Positions 1-12,613 of a stretch of DNA of 64,000 nt are shown here, in pieces. The DNA lies in the NCBI RefSeq assembly GCF_041146345.1, contig NW_027191402.1, positions 1,054,001-1,118,000 on the forward strand, given 5' to 3'. Made by a program: the position numbers and the translations under genes. Numbering within the stretch: position 1 is the stretch's first letter; each line of letters opens with the position of its first letter. Source of the stretch: Neodothiora populina (taxonomy: Eukaryota). The notes beneath the pieces are model-generated. The model was not told the DNA's origin. It was given only the letters and a program-made list of their open reading frames with translations, and did no database searches.

Positions 1-252
1 TATTACCATAAGTGAGCCCATTCGCGGTGGGTGAACTGCATCTAGATCTTTTATTGCGATGTATCCTTCTATAGTAATATACGATGAACCGAGATGAATG
101 TGGTATCACAAGTAGCATGCCGTAGAACCATACAACCAAGAATAATGCTTAGCTTGCAGCTGCTAGAAAAGCATGGCGGATAAAGCGCAAAACGATAACC
201 CCGCGCAATCCCCTCTATTACTCTAGAAGCACTCTGTCCTCAACATCAACAC

Positions 253-1024
253 ATGACATCTATCAATATGGCCCCAAATAACGCCGAACTCTCGTTGATT
301 GCCCCTGTTGTGAAAGCACCCTTCGTTTGCAGACCGGCTGATCAGAGCGATGTCAAGGCTCTAGCTTCAGTTTTCTTCGATAGTTTCAATGCTCCCTTCT
401 TCAAATATGCTATGCCTGACACGCCCAGAACCAGAGAGTGGTGGGAAAAGGCTTGGCTGATGGGTATCAAAGACGACCCTACCGCTCGCACTTTTATAGT
501 GTTCGACTCCTCCACGAAAGATGAAGTTCGGCACGAGGGAAAACCCGTGGCTTTTTGCAGATGGATTGTGCCGCAGTCTGATGGCAATCTTGATCGCTTG
601 TGGCCGGATCTGCTAGAAGACGAATGGGACATGGGGGTCATGGGCTCATTTTTCCACGGCATGGACGAGAACCGAGCAAAACTCATGGGCAAGCGCCCGC
701 ACTGGAGTAAGCCATGCTATATCTCTTGCGTACTTTTATCTGTCTGTATGCGAACTGCGCTTACTTGGTCATTCAGTGCTTGAGATGCTCGGAACTCACG
801 AAGATTACCAAAGGCACGGTCTCGGCAGTGCCCTTGTTAAGTGGGGCTGCGATCTCGCGGATCAGGACGGCTTGGAGGTGTATCTTGACGCAAGTGAAAG
901 AGGCGCCCCCGTATACCAAAAACATTTCGCTTTCGAAAGTAGAATGCAGATAAACATTCCCGACAGACCAGCTTATGGTAGTTTTGTCTATCTAAGTCAC
1001 GTCAGGCCCCATCAGTCGGTATGA
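253..1024 (+). CDS. GNAT-family N-acetyltransferase, 2 exons (intron 707-776)
   Basis: Splicing GTAAGC..TTCAG joins ORFs 253 and 776 as ..KRPHWMLEMLGTHEDYQRHGLGSALVKWG, the acetyl-CoA motif A (QxxGxG), followed by YLDASERGAPVYQK. The start could be ATG 253 or 268. Confidence 0.88.
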
Positions 1025-1316
1025 AGGAGCAAGACAGTCGTGTCACCTGTTTTCCATATAGCCAGATTACAGCCAAGATGTTATGTACAGTCTGGAATGA
1101 TTGATCTCCATGCACGGTCTGTTTCGCTCGGCCTTTCCTCCGGTATACAAGATGACTTTGGACGAAGCTCTTTTCATTCGGGCAGTTCCCGCACTGGAGA
1201 AATGAAAACTTGATTGAAGGATTATATCGCAAAAGAATTGATCGATAGCAACGGTGAGTGAGAAAGATTGCGAACACTTCGCCTTCTGTTTAACGCCAAA
1301 CGCCTTGATTGATACC

Positions 1317-2115
1317 TTAGAACTTCAGGGGCTCGCCTCTCTCCATCATCCTTCTTTCACTTGCTGCAACCATGTCTGGGTGGTCTGGGTCAGCTTAAAT
1401 ATATGCCAAATACCGGCTGCTGGGCTCACCTTTCCATTGGTTCCTGGCAGCATTTTCCAAGGACGGTAGAGTGACACCCTGGGTCTTGTCGTGGGTTTCA
1501 AGAGCCAGTGTTGCAACCACGACAGCCATGGTCAGACCTTGTGCATAAACACGTGCCTGCATGAGTTTCTGCTGACCACTGAGATATCTGTTCTTCGACA
1601 CCACCGCCAACGCAGCAGCCATGGAGACGACCCAAGAGCCAAGGACGATACTATACTTGTTCTGCTGAGCCCAATCCTGCCATCTTTCTGTTGGTGTCTT
1701 CTGTGCTTTTAATTGCTTCCTCACCGAAGAGACCTCCTGCTTCGTTGTTGTGTGGTAAGCATTATCAGGATGATGCATAGCCTCGAAGCTACGAGACCAG
1801 CGGTCTGCAGACAGGTATCCTTATCGGGTGTCAGCTGGCATTCCACGAAAGGGGACAAGTGCTACACACCAGCTCCCAAGCCACTGCTGGCTACTAAAAA
1901 AGATTTGAACGGAAGGGTAAGGGCTCTGCTGAAGGCTGGGAACCTCCGCGATGCTCCCCACAAGGCAAAGGCTCCAACCGCTGTGCCGGCAACACCTCCA
2001 CCGATACCTCCTCTCAACATGTATCTGGTGATATCATCAGCTCTGGACTAGAAGGATCCTGGTGTGCTCATTACCTGTAGTGAGCATCTTCATGTTCCTT
2101 GCTGAGGACCTTCAT
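1317..2115 (-). CDS. RCF2: HIG1-domain respiratory supercomplex factor 2-like protein, 4 exons
   Basis: Manual splicing gives MKVLSKEHEDAHYR-YMLRGGIGGG..LTLPFKSFL..SADRWSRSFE..KYSIVLGSW..QKLMQARVYAQGLT..QWKDMVAASERR. QxRxxxQ is the HIG1 type-2 motif. Confidence 0.85.
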
Positions 2116-3661
2116 GTTTGTGTTGATGAGATTGATAGATTAGCAAGATGTTCTTGTCTACTCTCCAAGACACGAAGAAGGAGCCTAATTATATACACCT
2201 TTCACGACGAGCATATGCATGGCAAGAGCTCCACGAAGACGCATCAGCCTTGTGAGAACTGATAGTCTGGGATGAGAGGTATCATATCAGGTGGTCAGTC
2301 GTTTCGTCTCTCGCGGTTATGCAATGTCCCACACGGCGATAAAGCGGAGCTTTAACGTGCATCCTAGGTAAAAAGTGGTCCGTTTCTGCGGGATTGTGCA
2401 AGTCGTGCTCCGTGTAACCTTCTATCTGAGAGCTTGAGCACCTTATGATTCTTTCGGTGTACTGTAAGTGTCGTGATAGAATAGAAGAGCTGATAAGAAT
2501 GGTGTATGTCTTTTCATTATTCCAAAACCGGCAGCAACGCGTCTCCTGTGTGGGTCTAGGTGAGGAACAATTCGATATCGAACGATCTTTCGTAGCTAGA
2601 GTCGCTCGATCTTGCGTCCATTCAGGTGATTCCACTGGCCAAGAGAGCCTGCAAGGTTTTTGAAACTGTTCAAGTCATCCATACAGTAGGCAAGATGCCT
2701 CGAGTCTCGCAGTAACACTTCAGCTATTGGTCACCCAGAAGGACTGTATTCACGCTAGTGGTATAACGACGACTCTTCTGTACTTCACACGATGCAGCTA
2801 GGTCGTTACACTTGATGCGCGAGTCACTCCATCGAGAGTTGTGGGGATGTCGTCTTGCGAGAAACAACGCGCCCTGCTTCTGCTACACGGTGTCACATAG
2901 CTAACTCGTGCAGCTATCTTTCAAACCATCCTTGCAACAGTTCCATGAGTCGGGTCGATCGCATGCTCGAACGTCTTCATCACGTCAGTGCTATAGCTGT
3001 TCGGTGTATGCATATCACGCGATATAGATGATTGCCACAATCGAATGAGGTGTTGTCGGCGGCTCCCGACCTCCGTATTCTTGAACGATCAATGACCAGG
3101 GTCGCGGTCGTGCAATAACACACGTATCAATTTTGTGTAGTACATTTATGCAATGTTGTGCAAAGGTCCATGTTTATCAGCTGTCATCACGTAAATTAAA
3201 GGCAGGAAATAAATTGTTTCATAGTTGAAGTTCAGGCTCGAGACCGAGGCTAGACGTGGAAAAGTACTTGGAGACAAGCATCGCTAAGAATTTCTCAATA
3301 ATTTTAAGGTAGTTGAAGGCGTAGTTGGTCGAACTGTCTTTGCATTTGCAGCCGTCGGCCGTCGCGGCGAAGAGCTGACTGTGGACAAAGGAATATAAGC
3401 TTGGCATTCCTCGAATTGAACCGGTGGGGGGAAATTGACCTCCAAATGCACAGGGGGGCTGCGGGTCACCATACGAACCGTGGATCTCCGAGAGTTAATC
3501 TTATCTCACAGGAGGGTCTGGAGTATCCCCAAACAATTCAACAAGAAAGGGAGACTTGCGTGATTGTAGAGAGCATTAGCTAGTTTCGATATCGTGGATT
3601 GCTGTGCCATGATTACGAATCAGACCACGTCTTGATCATAACCAAAACGACTACCAGTCAG

Positions 3662-6004
3662 ATGGGCAAATGTACGCATGCGTAACCTCGCCCATTCATT
3701 GGTTTCTGCTGACCACCTCTTGCGACAGGGCGATATGGAGTCATACTCGATGCTGGGTCATCTGTATGAATTTCTAAACACAAGATGATGTAGCAGCTTC
3801 TTATCTGTTTCTAGGGCACCCGCATATACATCTATAAATGGCTCAACTCGGCGCGCGCAAAAGCGGACGCGGATGAAACGCAATTGCACAGTCTTCCCGT
3901 CTTGAAGACTAAGAAACACTGGACTAAAAAAATCCATCCTGGAGTGTCGACCTTCGGAGAAAAACCAGAACTTGTCGGTCCGGATCATCTGGAAGGCTTG
4001 GTCGAACATGCACTCGATATTATAGGAGAAGACGACGTACCAAACACACCAATTTTCCTCCTGGCGACTGCTGGAATGCGATTGCTACCGGACCATCAAC
4101 GCAACGCAGTGCTCGAGAACATTTGCTCGTACATGCAGAGAAACACAAAATTCCAGCTTCCTGACTGTGATTTACATATTCAAGTGATACCGGGAGAGAC
4201 TGAGGGATTGTACGGCTGGATTGCCGCAAACTATCTACTAGGGGGCTTCGATTCACCTTCGTCACACGATCATGGAAAAGGACATCATACATATGGATTT
4301 CTTGACATGGGAGGAGCATCAGCACAGATTGCCTTTGCGCCGAATGCGACAGAAGCCGACAAACACGCCAATGATTTGAAACTCTTACGCATGCGCAACC
4401 TCAATGGAGAATCAATAGAATACAGGGTGTTCGTGACGACCTGGCTGGGCTTTGGCGTCAACGAAGCGAGAAAGAGATATGTCGAGGCCTTGCTCGATGC
4501 GAGCCCGGATGTGGTCGAGTTGCCTGACCCGTGCCTTCCCTCTGGCTTGACGGTCACCAAATCCGGACATATCATAAAACCTAATGCGGACGAAGCCAAA
4601 GGCGAGGAACCGCATTTGTTAGGAACAGCCAATTTTCCTGAGTGTCTGCGTCGCACCTTCCCTCTGCTGGACAAGGACGCCCCATGCGAGGATTCGCCCT
4701 GTTTACTACACGGCGTGCACGTACCTGCCATTGATTTCGATGTGAACCATTTTGTAGGAGTATCCGAATACTGGCACACTACCCATTCGATATCTGGAAA
4801 CGAAGAGGACGAGATCGCATACGATTTCCACACATATCAGCAACGCGTCAGCGAGTTTTGTAGTCAAGACTGGCAGTCGATTGACAAGGGCGTCGCGAAA
4901 CACAAGTGGGGCAAGAAGTTTGATGAAGAGACTGCGGTGCAAGTCTGCTTCAAGGCAAGCTGGTTGATTAATATGTTGCATGATGGTATAGGCATACCAA
5001 GAGTAGGATTGGAGTCAACAAAACCAAAAGATGGTCAATTTGTCAATGGCACGAAAGGCATCATCGAGGGCGCCAAAGAAAAAGGGTTTCTAGATCCCTT
5101 TCAAGCCGTCGACAAGATTGACGGCAAGGAGGTCAGCTGGACACTAGGAAAAATGTTGTTGTACGCAGCATCACAAGTACCTCCTGCTGATGACACTCTT
5201 GCCGTCGGATTTGGGAGTAATATCAAAGGTGTGCCGGTGCCAAAGGACTTCCAATTCGCTGGCGGCAACTACACACCTCTTCCCGACGACCTAAGCAATC
5301 ACGACAACTCAGAAAGCGAAGGAACCGATTGGCATGACACCCTGCTTGCACACGGCTCGTCCAGACGGATCCCAGGAATGCTGCTATTTGTTTTCATACT
5401 TGTCGTAGCAGCTTTCCTTCTGTGTGGCAGAGAACGACGAACCAGCCTCTATTACCGCATCACATCTCTTATCGGAGGCAAGGGATCTCGACGACGAAGA
5501 TTCGGTGGTGCATCGGGTGGGGGGCTGACATCAAAGTTCTTTGGCAATGGCTCCTCACGAAATGCATCCTATGAACGAGTAGAGCTCGGCGATCCGTCAG
5601 AGTTTGAACTCAACGACATATCACCCACATCAGACTCTGACTCGGACACGCAAAGACCTCCCAGCATCCGTAGCGTTAGCGGGAATGGTCGTACCTCTGG
5701 CTGGGCAACCCCGACACCAGGCTTCACTTCTCCGGTCTTGTCTCAGTCTTCTCCAAAGCGCGCCAAGGGACCGAGCTATCTCGACAGTACACCATTACCT
5801 GGAGTGGAGGTGTCAGGGTATGCAGTTCCCGGCACACCTGGTCTAGGTGTGGGTGACATGGGTATGGGCATGGGCATGGGCATGCGCACTGTAAGCACAG
5901 AGCGCCTCGCTCCTGGGCCAATGCTTCGAAGTACCAGCCGCAACGGCAGCAGAGCGACGAGCCCACGACGAAGTCCCTCTTTTATTGGCACCGTTAGAGA
6001 GTGA
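3662..6004 (+). CDS. YND1: Golgi apyrase (GDA1/CD39 family); introns 3672-3728 and 3764-3814
   Basis: Spliced N-terminus MGKWRYGVILDAGSSGTRIYIYKW (ACR1), then LATAGMR, EGLYGW, DMGGASAQ and SWTLG, a C-terminal TM helix and a long low-complexity tail. Confidence 0.92.
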
Positions 6005-8306
6005 TTGATCGTTTGTCTGGACCTGGATGATTTGTGGAACTTTCGCGGCGTTGTTGGCACTGGGGGGCAAAACAGACCTTGAATGTGGATAAGCAAAGCC
6101 ATGTTCATTGGATCTGAAAACCATGAGAACTGTTTCAATTCGGCTTGTGATGAAGTTCCGCTATTATTGTAATGATTACTGTACATACATACTTCCTGTT
6201 TGATATCAGCCAAATGCAAATGGTTTGCGGATAATGCGGATCAACATATCAGACTTCACTTCAAAGATCGTCATCTGTAGGCGCTGCAATAAACCGACTT
6301 ATAGCTAGTCATATGTCTGTCAGATACTGTTGTACAAGTGTTCTGTCCCGTTACTAAGCGGAGACGATGTACCGGAAGTCGAAACGGAAGTGGAAGCCAT
6401 CATAGCTATTCTTCCCGCAGTGTACCTACCCAAATCGTCACCCATCACACCTGTACATCATCGATCGTCAAGATATATTGAACATCGCACGATCGACTTC
6501 CGCTGAATTCTGCGGATCAAGAAGGAAGAGGTACAGCAAAGTCAGGACTTGGGAAGGATTTGTTTCGACTGTATGTATGCACACGTGGTGCATATTGCGT
6601 GTGAATGAACCTGACTAGTTCGGTGTGACTTGTTATGCCATAGCGATGATACTCTCTGGTAAAGAATGCTGAGTATTGACAATAGTCACCGCTATCATTA
6701 GCGCTGCACTTTCGCATCAGACTCGAATGTGGTAGAAAAAGTAGCTAGAGTCTACCTGATCTGCAGGCTGAGAGAACCACCAGGCGGACTGGTCTCGTAG
6801 ATCCATCGGGGAAGTAAGGTGCGTCAGAACCAGAATCATCGATTTCGTGACCTACCTGCTGCCTGGAGAGAGATTCCTACCCACAAGTCTGATCTAGAAT
6901 GTATATGACAAGATCACGATCAAGGAAAGAACGAAAGAAGGTCCGCTCCGCAAGAAGCGAAGGAACCGCCGAAGCCTCACATGTGTTTAGGGAAGTCGCT
7001 TTGTGGCTGCCAGAAATGACAAGATATCATTGGCCAGGGTCTCCCTCTAGTCTACCCTGTTTTGTACCTGTCTGTTCTGACGGAAGGAAGCGAGGACAAC
7101 AGGTGGAGCTTGCGGCTTTGCGGCGGATTATCCGGCTGATGTTTGTGGATTGGTTATAGGTCTTGCTTGACAACGAAAATCATGCAGCAAGACAAAATGC
7201 CATCCCAGCCTTGCGAGGCGCAATATCCGGGGAGCTGTGAAGATCCGCAACGGAGGCGGATCGCGGGACTGATTCATGTTACGCCTCGATCATCTGTACT
7301 TCGATCTCTCTGATCCCCCTTCGATATACAACGTTCGGGAAAGTACGATGGAAGAGGCTACTGCATGTTCAACAATTACGTATGTCTATGTGTGTTATGA
7401 CCTTATGACCTCGATGAAACTTCTCATCGTGAAGTTGAAATGTTCGATAGAACAAGCATGCCCCACTGGTTCGACTACAAGTTTATCCACTTCCACCTCC
7501 CCAGATAGTTCTTTAGACTTTAGACATCCTGAAACATACCATATCTTACTAAACTTCATGTGTACAAGACGCAGTGTGTTACAAGCTGCAAGGGACGCAC
7601 TGCACGTAGCCAGAATGCATCTATGATGTAAGTGTATCTGATACAACGCCATTCCTTCCCACTAATTCCTGAATTTTTGCCCTGCATATGCAATCAACAG
7701 AGCAACCTCACCACCACTGAGACATTGCACAGCAGCAAAACCAGCTTCCGGAATATTCGGGCAGCGGAGTCGTTCGAGTTGATCAGATCCTTTCATATAC
7801 AATCGAGCACTGCGCTTGCTTAACAATCGCCATGGAGGATCCCACAATTTTCGATGGCTCACGACTCGTTCAATCGACTAAGGATCCTCCCGCGATACCT
7901 AAATGTTTCCACTCCGATCTGATTTTGGGATGTGTGAGTGCGCGGCTGCTGCTTTGGCTACCTCTGAGACAAGGATTGTGTAGGCAACTGTTGTGATAGC
8001 TCCCGCTCTCTCTTCGCTCGAACGCATTCAGTTCCTGACCCCGGTATCGAGTTTGTGGTTGAGATAGCATCCTTCAGCGATCCTTCTGGCTATGAGCGGA
8101 GGTACTTGCGGCAGTGGAAAGGAAAACATCGAGGGCTAGCCACGAGAGTGATATGTCCAGCGATTATCTCCTCTACAACGCCATATAAAAGATGAGAGCC
8201 CGACTATAGGTTTTTGACTCTCAGAGCATCATAAACTCAATCATTCTATCTTTCTTACCTTGACTTGACTTTGCCTGTCCGATTTAGCCTTTACAACTCA
8301 GGAACA

Positions 8307-9817
8307 ATGGCCATCACTCAAGAAATCGAATCTACCACCTTTTCTTCCGACTACCCAGTTCCTCTGTGGCTAAACGGCAAAGAGGTGTCCACCTCCAACA
8401 AACTCGAGGTGATTTCTCCTCTGACAGGCAAGCCCGTACACTCAGCCAGCGCGGCATCTGTTGAAGATGTGCATGCAGCAGTCGCAGCAGCCAAAGCTGC
8501 CCTGCCCGCATGGAGCGCGACCAAGCCTTCTGAACGTCGCGACTTGCTTCTGCGCGCGGCCGATGAGTTCGAGCGCCGTCGTGGAGATCTCTGGTACTTT
8601 TGCAAGTACGAGACGGGTAGCACGCCGGGATTTCATGACTTTGATTTCAAGGACATGATTGAGAACCTGAGAAGCACGGCAGGGTTGATCGGTAGCGTCA
8701 CCACTGCTACCGCGCCAGTCCTGGGCCAGACTGGCAGAAGTGGGATGGTTGTTGTGGAGCCGTATGGGGTAGTGGTCGCGATCGCTCCATGGAATGCTCC
8801 ATGTATCCTTGGTTCTAGAAGCTTTGTCGGTCCACTAGCTAGTAAGTCATTTTTGCTTCTGACTCAAAAAAGACCTAACATTTAATAGTGGGCAACACTG
8901 TCATCCTCAAGGGATCTGAATACTCTCCAGGTCTTTACTGGGCTCTGGCCGATGTTTTCCATTCAGTCGGCCTCCCTGCCGGAGTCTTGAACACTCTTTA
9001 CAACAGACTCGAAGATGCCGCACAGGTGACCGAGGCGCTCATTGTCGCACCTGAAGTCAAGAAGATCAATTTCTGTGGTAGTACCATGGTCGGATCGATC
9101 ATCGCTGGTCTGGCAGGCAAGCACCTCAAGCCTGTCCTTACTGAGCTTGGTGGAAAGGCTCCTGCCATCGTGTGTGAGGATGCCGATCTCGAAAATGCCG
9201 CACTGCACTGCACCCTTGGCGCTTTCCTGAACTCTGGTCAAATCTGCATGTCCACTGAGCGCATTCTTGTCAACAGAAAAATCTATGAGCCATTCAAGGT
9301 CGCGCTCAAAGCTGCCATTGACCAGATCTTCGACCAAGACCCAGAATATGTCTGTATCAGCAGCCGCCCGGTCGAAAAAGTCAGGAAGATGATCTTTGAT
9401 GCTGTCGAGAAGGGCGCAAACACCGTACACGGAGATCTCAAGGAAACATTCCACCTGGCAACCCGTATGCGACCAATTGTACTCGAAGACGTCAAGAAGG
9501 GTATGGATCTTTATCATCAGGAGTCGTTCGGACCCACTGTGTCGCTCTTTGTGGTCGACAACGACGAAGAAGCGATTCACATCGCCAACGACACCGACTA
9601 TGGTCTTGCATCTTCGGTCTTCACCGAAGATCTCAGGAGGGGATTGAAGATTGCAAGATCGATTGAGACCGGTGCTGTGCACATCAACAGCATGAGCGTG
9701 CACGACGAGTCATGCATGCCGCACGGAGGCGCCAAGAAGAGTGGATGGGGCAGATTCAATGGTGTCGAAGGATTGAAGGAGTGGGTTCGAACTAAGAATG
9801 TGACTTGGAAGGACTAG
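8307..9817 (+). CDS. Aldehyde dehydrogenase, vanillin/salicylaldehyde-dehydrogenase-like; intron 8842-8888
   Basis: Motifs IAPWNAP, MGNTVILKGSE, FCGST, ELGGKAP (catalytic Glu), NSGQICMS (catalytic Cys), ESFGP and PHGGAKKSGWGRFNG. Confidence 0.92.
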
Positions 9818-10538
9818 GCGTCTCTTTCTTTTTTGGATGAAAGAATGATATTGTGGCGAGGTTATACAGTTACTCGATAGGATATTGGCGTTATGAATAT
9901 TTTTTTCTTGCAAAAGGGGTCATGAGTTTAATGCGGCGAACAACGCTCCGTGATTGGGACGGCATAAAAGCAGATTCGCAATTCAGAGCATGTCAACCAC
10001 GTGTGACTTGGATGGTGATCTCTTCCATGATGTCTGACCACTCATTAATATCATTGATACCTTGCCGTCGACAGCAGGGGAGGGAGGGCAATGCTATTGT
10101 GGGTATGAGTTGGTGCAGTCTGAAACTCACTCTATTTGTTAGCGTCCGCAAGCTTGGCTGAGCCAATGGCCCGAAGCGAAAGAAATGCTCCAGTCTTTCC
10201 CATATTAATTTACAAGAGCCGGACGCGCATTTTAGTGAATTGACCTGCATTAGACTGTGCCTTGACACCTCGGACTCTTCACGACAAAGGCCCAATGAGG
10301 ATTTGCCTCGCCAGTGTCATCCCTATTCTGTACTGATCAGGGTCTCATGCACGTTCGTAGGATATCTTTCTCGGCCAGGACGAAGGGGAGGCGCGGTGAT
10401 TACCAAGAAGAGGTCACCCGAGTTATGACCCACGTAGATCTTTTTTGTTGAGCAAAAGACCTCGGCATGTTGGTTTGTCTTCGAGTACATAAATCGCATC
10501 CTCCGCGATTGTACTGTTCAAAGAGGTAAACCACAAAC

Positions 10539-11509
10539 ATGGAGTTCTCACCCGTATTCAAGCCTTTTGAAAAGGCGCCTTGCCAGTATCTGAACAATGA
10601 CTGGGCCTCGTTGTCAATCGTGAGTCTTCTCTTCCAAGTATCCCAGAAACACTTCTCTAATGTGCAAGCAAGGTCATTCGCGATCAATTCTACATCTCGA
10701 CATGGCTTCTCATCGGTGCCGTCCTTCAGGGCACTTTCATGATGGTTCTGCCGTACCGTAACATTGCTCTTGTAGCACCGCTGGCATTGATCTTACTTTA
10801 CCGCATTGCGGTGCCGCTCGCTATGCATTTTGGATTGATCAGAAACACCTACATGGATGGTGTTCTCCCTGGTCGTACTGTACCAGTTTTTGCCGATGAG
10901 TATGGAAACAGAGACAAGGGCAGAGAGCAAATCTCCGACCGGGAAATGTGCGTTATCATGCTGGCGGCACGATCCAACCACCCTCTCGGAATCCTCGCGC
11001 CTGGCTTCAAGTATGTTGGTGACGTCTTCAAGGAGATGATTACCGAGCTCAACGAGACTGCCGAGGAGAGTGGTTTCCTCGGAGCCAACAACTGGATGAG
11101 CGCAGCAGACAAGGGCACAGGATCCGAGACCATGGGACTGCTTTATTTCAGATCTCTCGAGGATATGCACAAATTCGCTCATGGCCCGACGCACATGAAA
11201 GTCATGGACTGGTTCAAGAATGGCTACGAGAAATTTGGTCATATCGGTCTGATGCACGAGGTTTACTGCTTGCCTAAGCATGGATGGGAAGCTGTGTACA
11301 ACAACTACCACCCTACCGGTTTGGCTGCTACGGCCACCCCGATGACAGTCAAGGATGAGGCGGGCGAGAAGACGATGTGGAGCAGTCCATTGGTCTGGGG
11401 TAATGGTCCATTGAGATATAGCAAGGGCAGATTGAACAAGCAGATGGACGATGCCGAAGTCAAGTTCGTGGATAAGTACACCATTGACGATGAGATGGGC
11501 GATAATTAG
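10539..11509 (+). CDS. DUF4188 / Af470-like (ABM-fold) monooxygenase; one intron about 10620-10671
   Basis: Spliced IRDQFYISTWLLIGAVLQ, then ARSNHPLGILAPG, GFLG, YFRSLEDMHKFAHGPTH, IGLMHEVY and WEAVYNNYHPTGL, typical of fungal DUF4188 proteins. Confidence 0.78.
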
Positions 11510-11745
11510 ATGCGAAGGTTGCGTGATCCTGAGGTAGTAAATAAACAAGAACAATTGAAGGCGGAAAAAGACTTGGCATATAGCGGAGTTCCGCGCTCGG
11601 TTGAACCTGCCTTACTCGTCGCCAAGAACTTCCGCGCTCCGAAAGGTCCTCTTTCCTTTGGCTTTGGTAAATCCTCTCCCATAGCAGCAACAAGATTGTA
11701 GAAGTGATTGCGCAACAGCCATTCAGAACAGCAAAAACCGCAGCC

Positions 11746-12236
11746 ATGGCCGACGCGACTCTTTTGGACGAGACCTTCACCATCACTTCTCTCAACGCGC
11801 AAAAGTACGACCGCGTTTCGCGCATCACGGGCACATCATCTGACAGTTTGACTGTCCTATCACTCGATGTCAACACCGAGATCTATCCCGTTGCCGTGGG
11901 AGAGCCTATCCAGCTCGTGTTGGCCAGTACGTTAAACCTCGATGGATCAAAGGATGACTCAGGCAATGCTGGCTGGAGAGACATTGGAGGAAAGAAGGTA
12001 AAGACGCGCGAAAGACGTGAAGACTCGGTGCATGATACTGACTTTTGTTTCAGGCATCCCTAGCAGACATGTTCGACTACGTATGCTATGGCAAAGTCTA
12101 TCGTTTCGAGGAAGGCGACGGCGAGAACATCAAAGTCTACATCAGCTTCGGGGGTTTGCTGTTGTATATCGAGGGTCCTTACAAGAAGTTGACGTCGTTG
12201 CGCATCGATTACTGCTACCTCTTGATCAAGAAATGA
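11746..12236 (+). CDS. RPB8: RNA polymerases I/II/III shared subunit RPABC3; intron 11998-12053
   Basis: [49 protein letters not shown]. Confidence 0.96.
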
Positions 12237-12613
12237 GCGCTTCGCAAAGAGTGGATTGAAACAAAAAGCAAGGGACGATACAGGACGAACCTCCCGAGGG
12301 TGGAAGGCGCAATACCAAACGAGGAGAGAGGCACGATACAAGACGAAGAGCTCGAAGTTGGAAGGCGCGATACCAGAAAAAGGAAGGACGAAACGAGATG
12401 AAGAGCCCGAGGACGGAAGGTGCAACATCAAACAAAAAAGGCGGGAACGGTCGCGACTGCGCGTGTCCGAGGCATAGCGAGGAGTTTTGGCGCATGGAAG
12501 CAAATTACACATTACAATATGGGAGGAAAAAGATGGATTAGATATAAAGACGATGAGGATAATCTACATGTCCAGCATGGGTGCTCCTTCCATACGATTC
12601 TCTATCTGCTTCT

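Noticed and set aside
3405..3540. GC-rich segment upstream of YND1 with GGTTCAATTC on the minus strand, a possible tRNA or structured ncRNA
   Set aside because: I could build no T-arm stem or cloverleaf, and it does not match snRNA, 5S, SRP or RNase P motifs that I recognise.
7276..8070. Short Cys-containing ORFs upstream of the ALDH, a possible Zn2Cys6 regulator remnant
   Set aside because: No complete CxxC..C..CxxC..C spacing in any frame and no coherent splice model.
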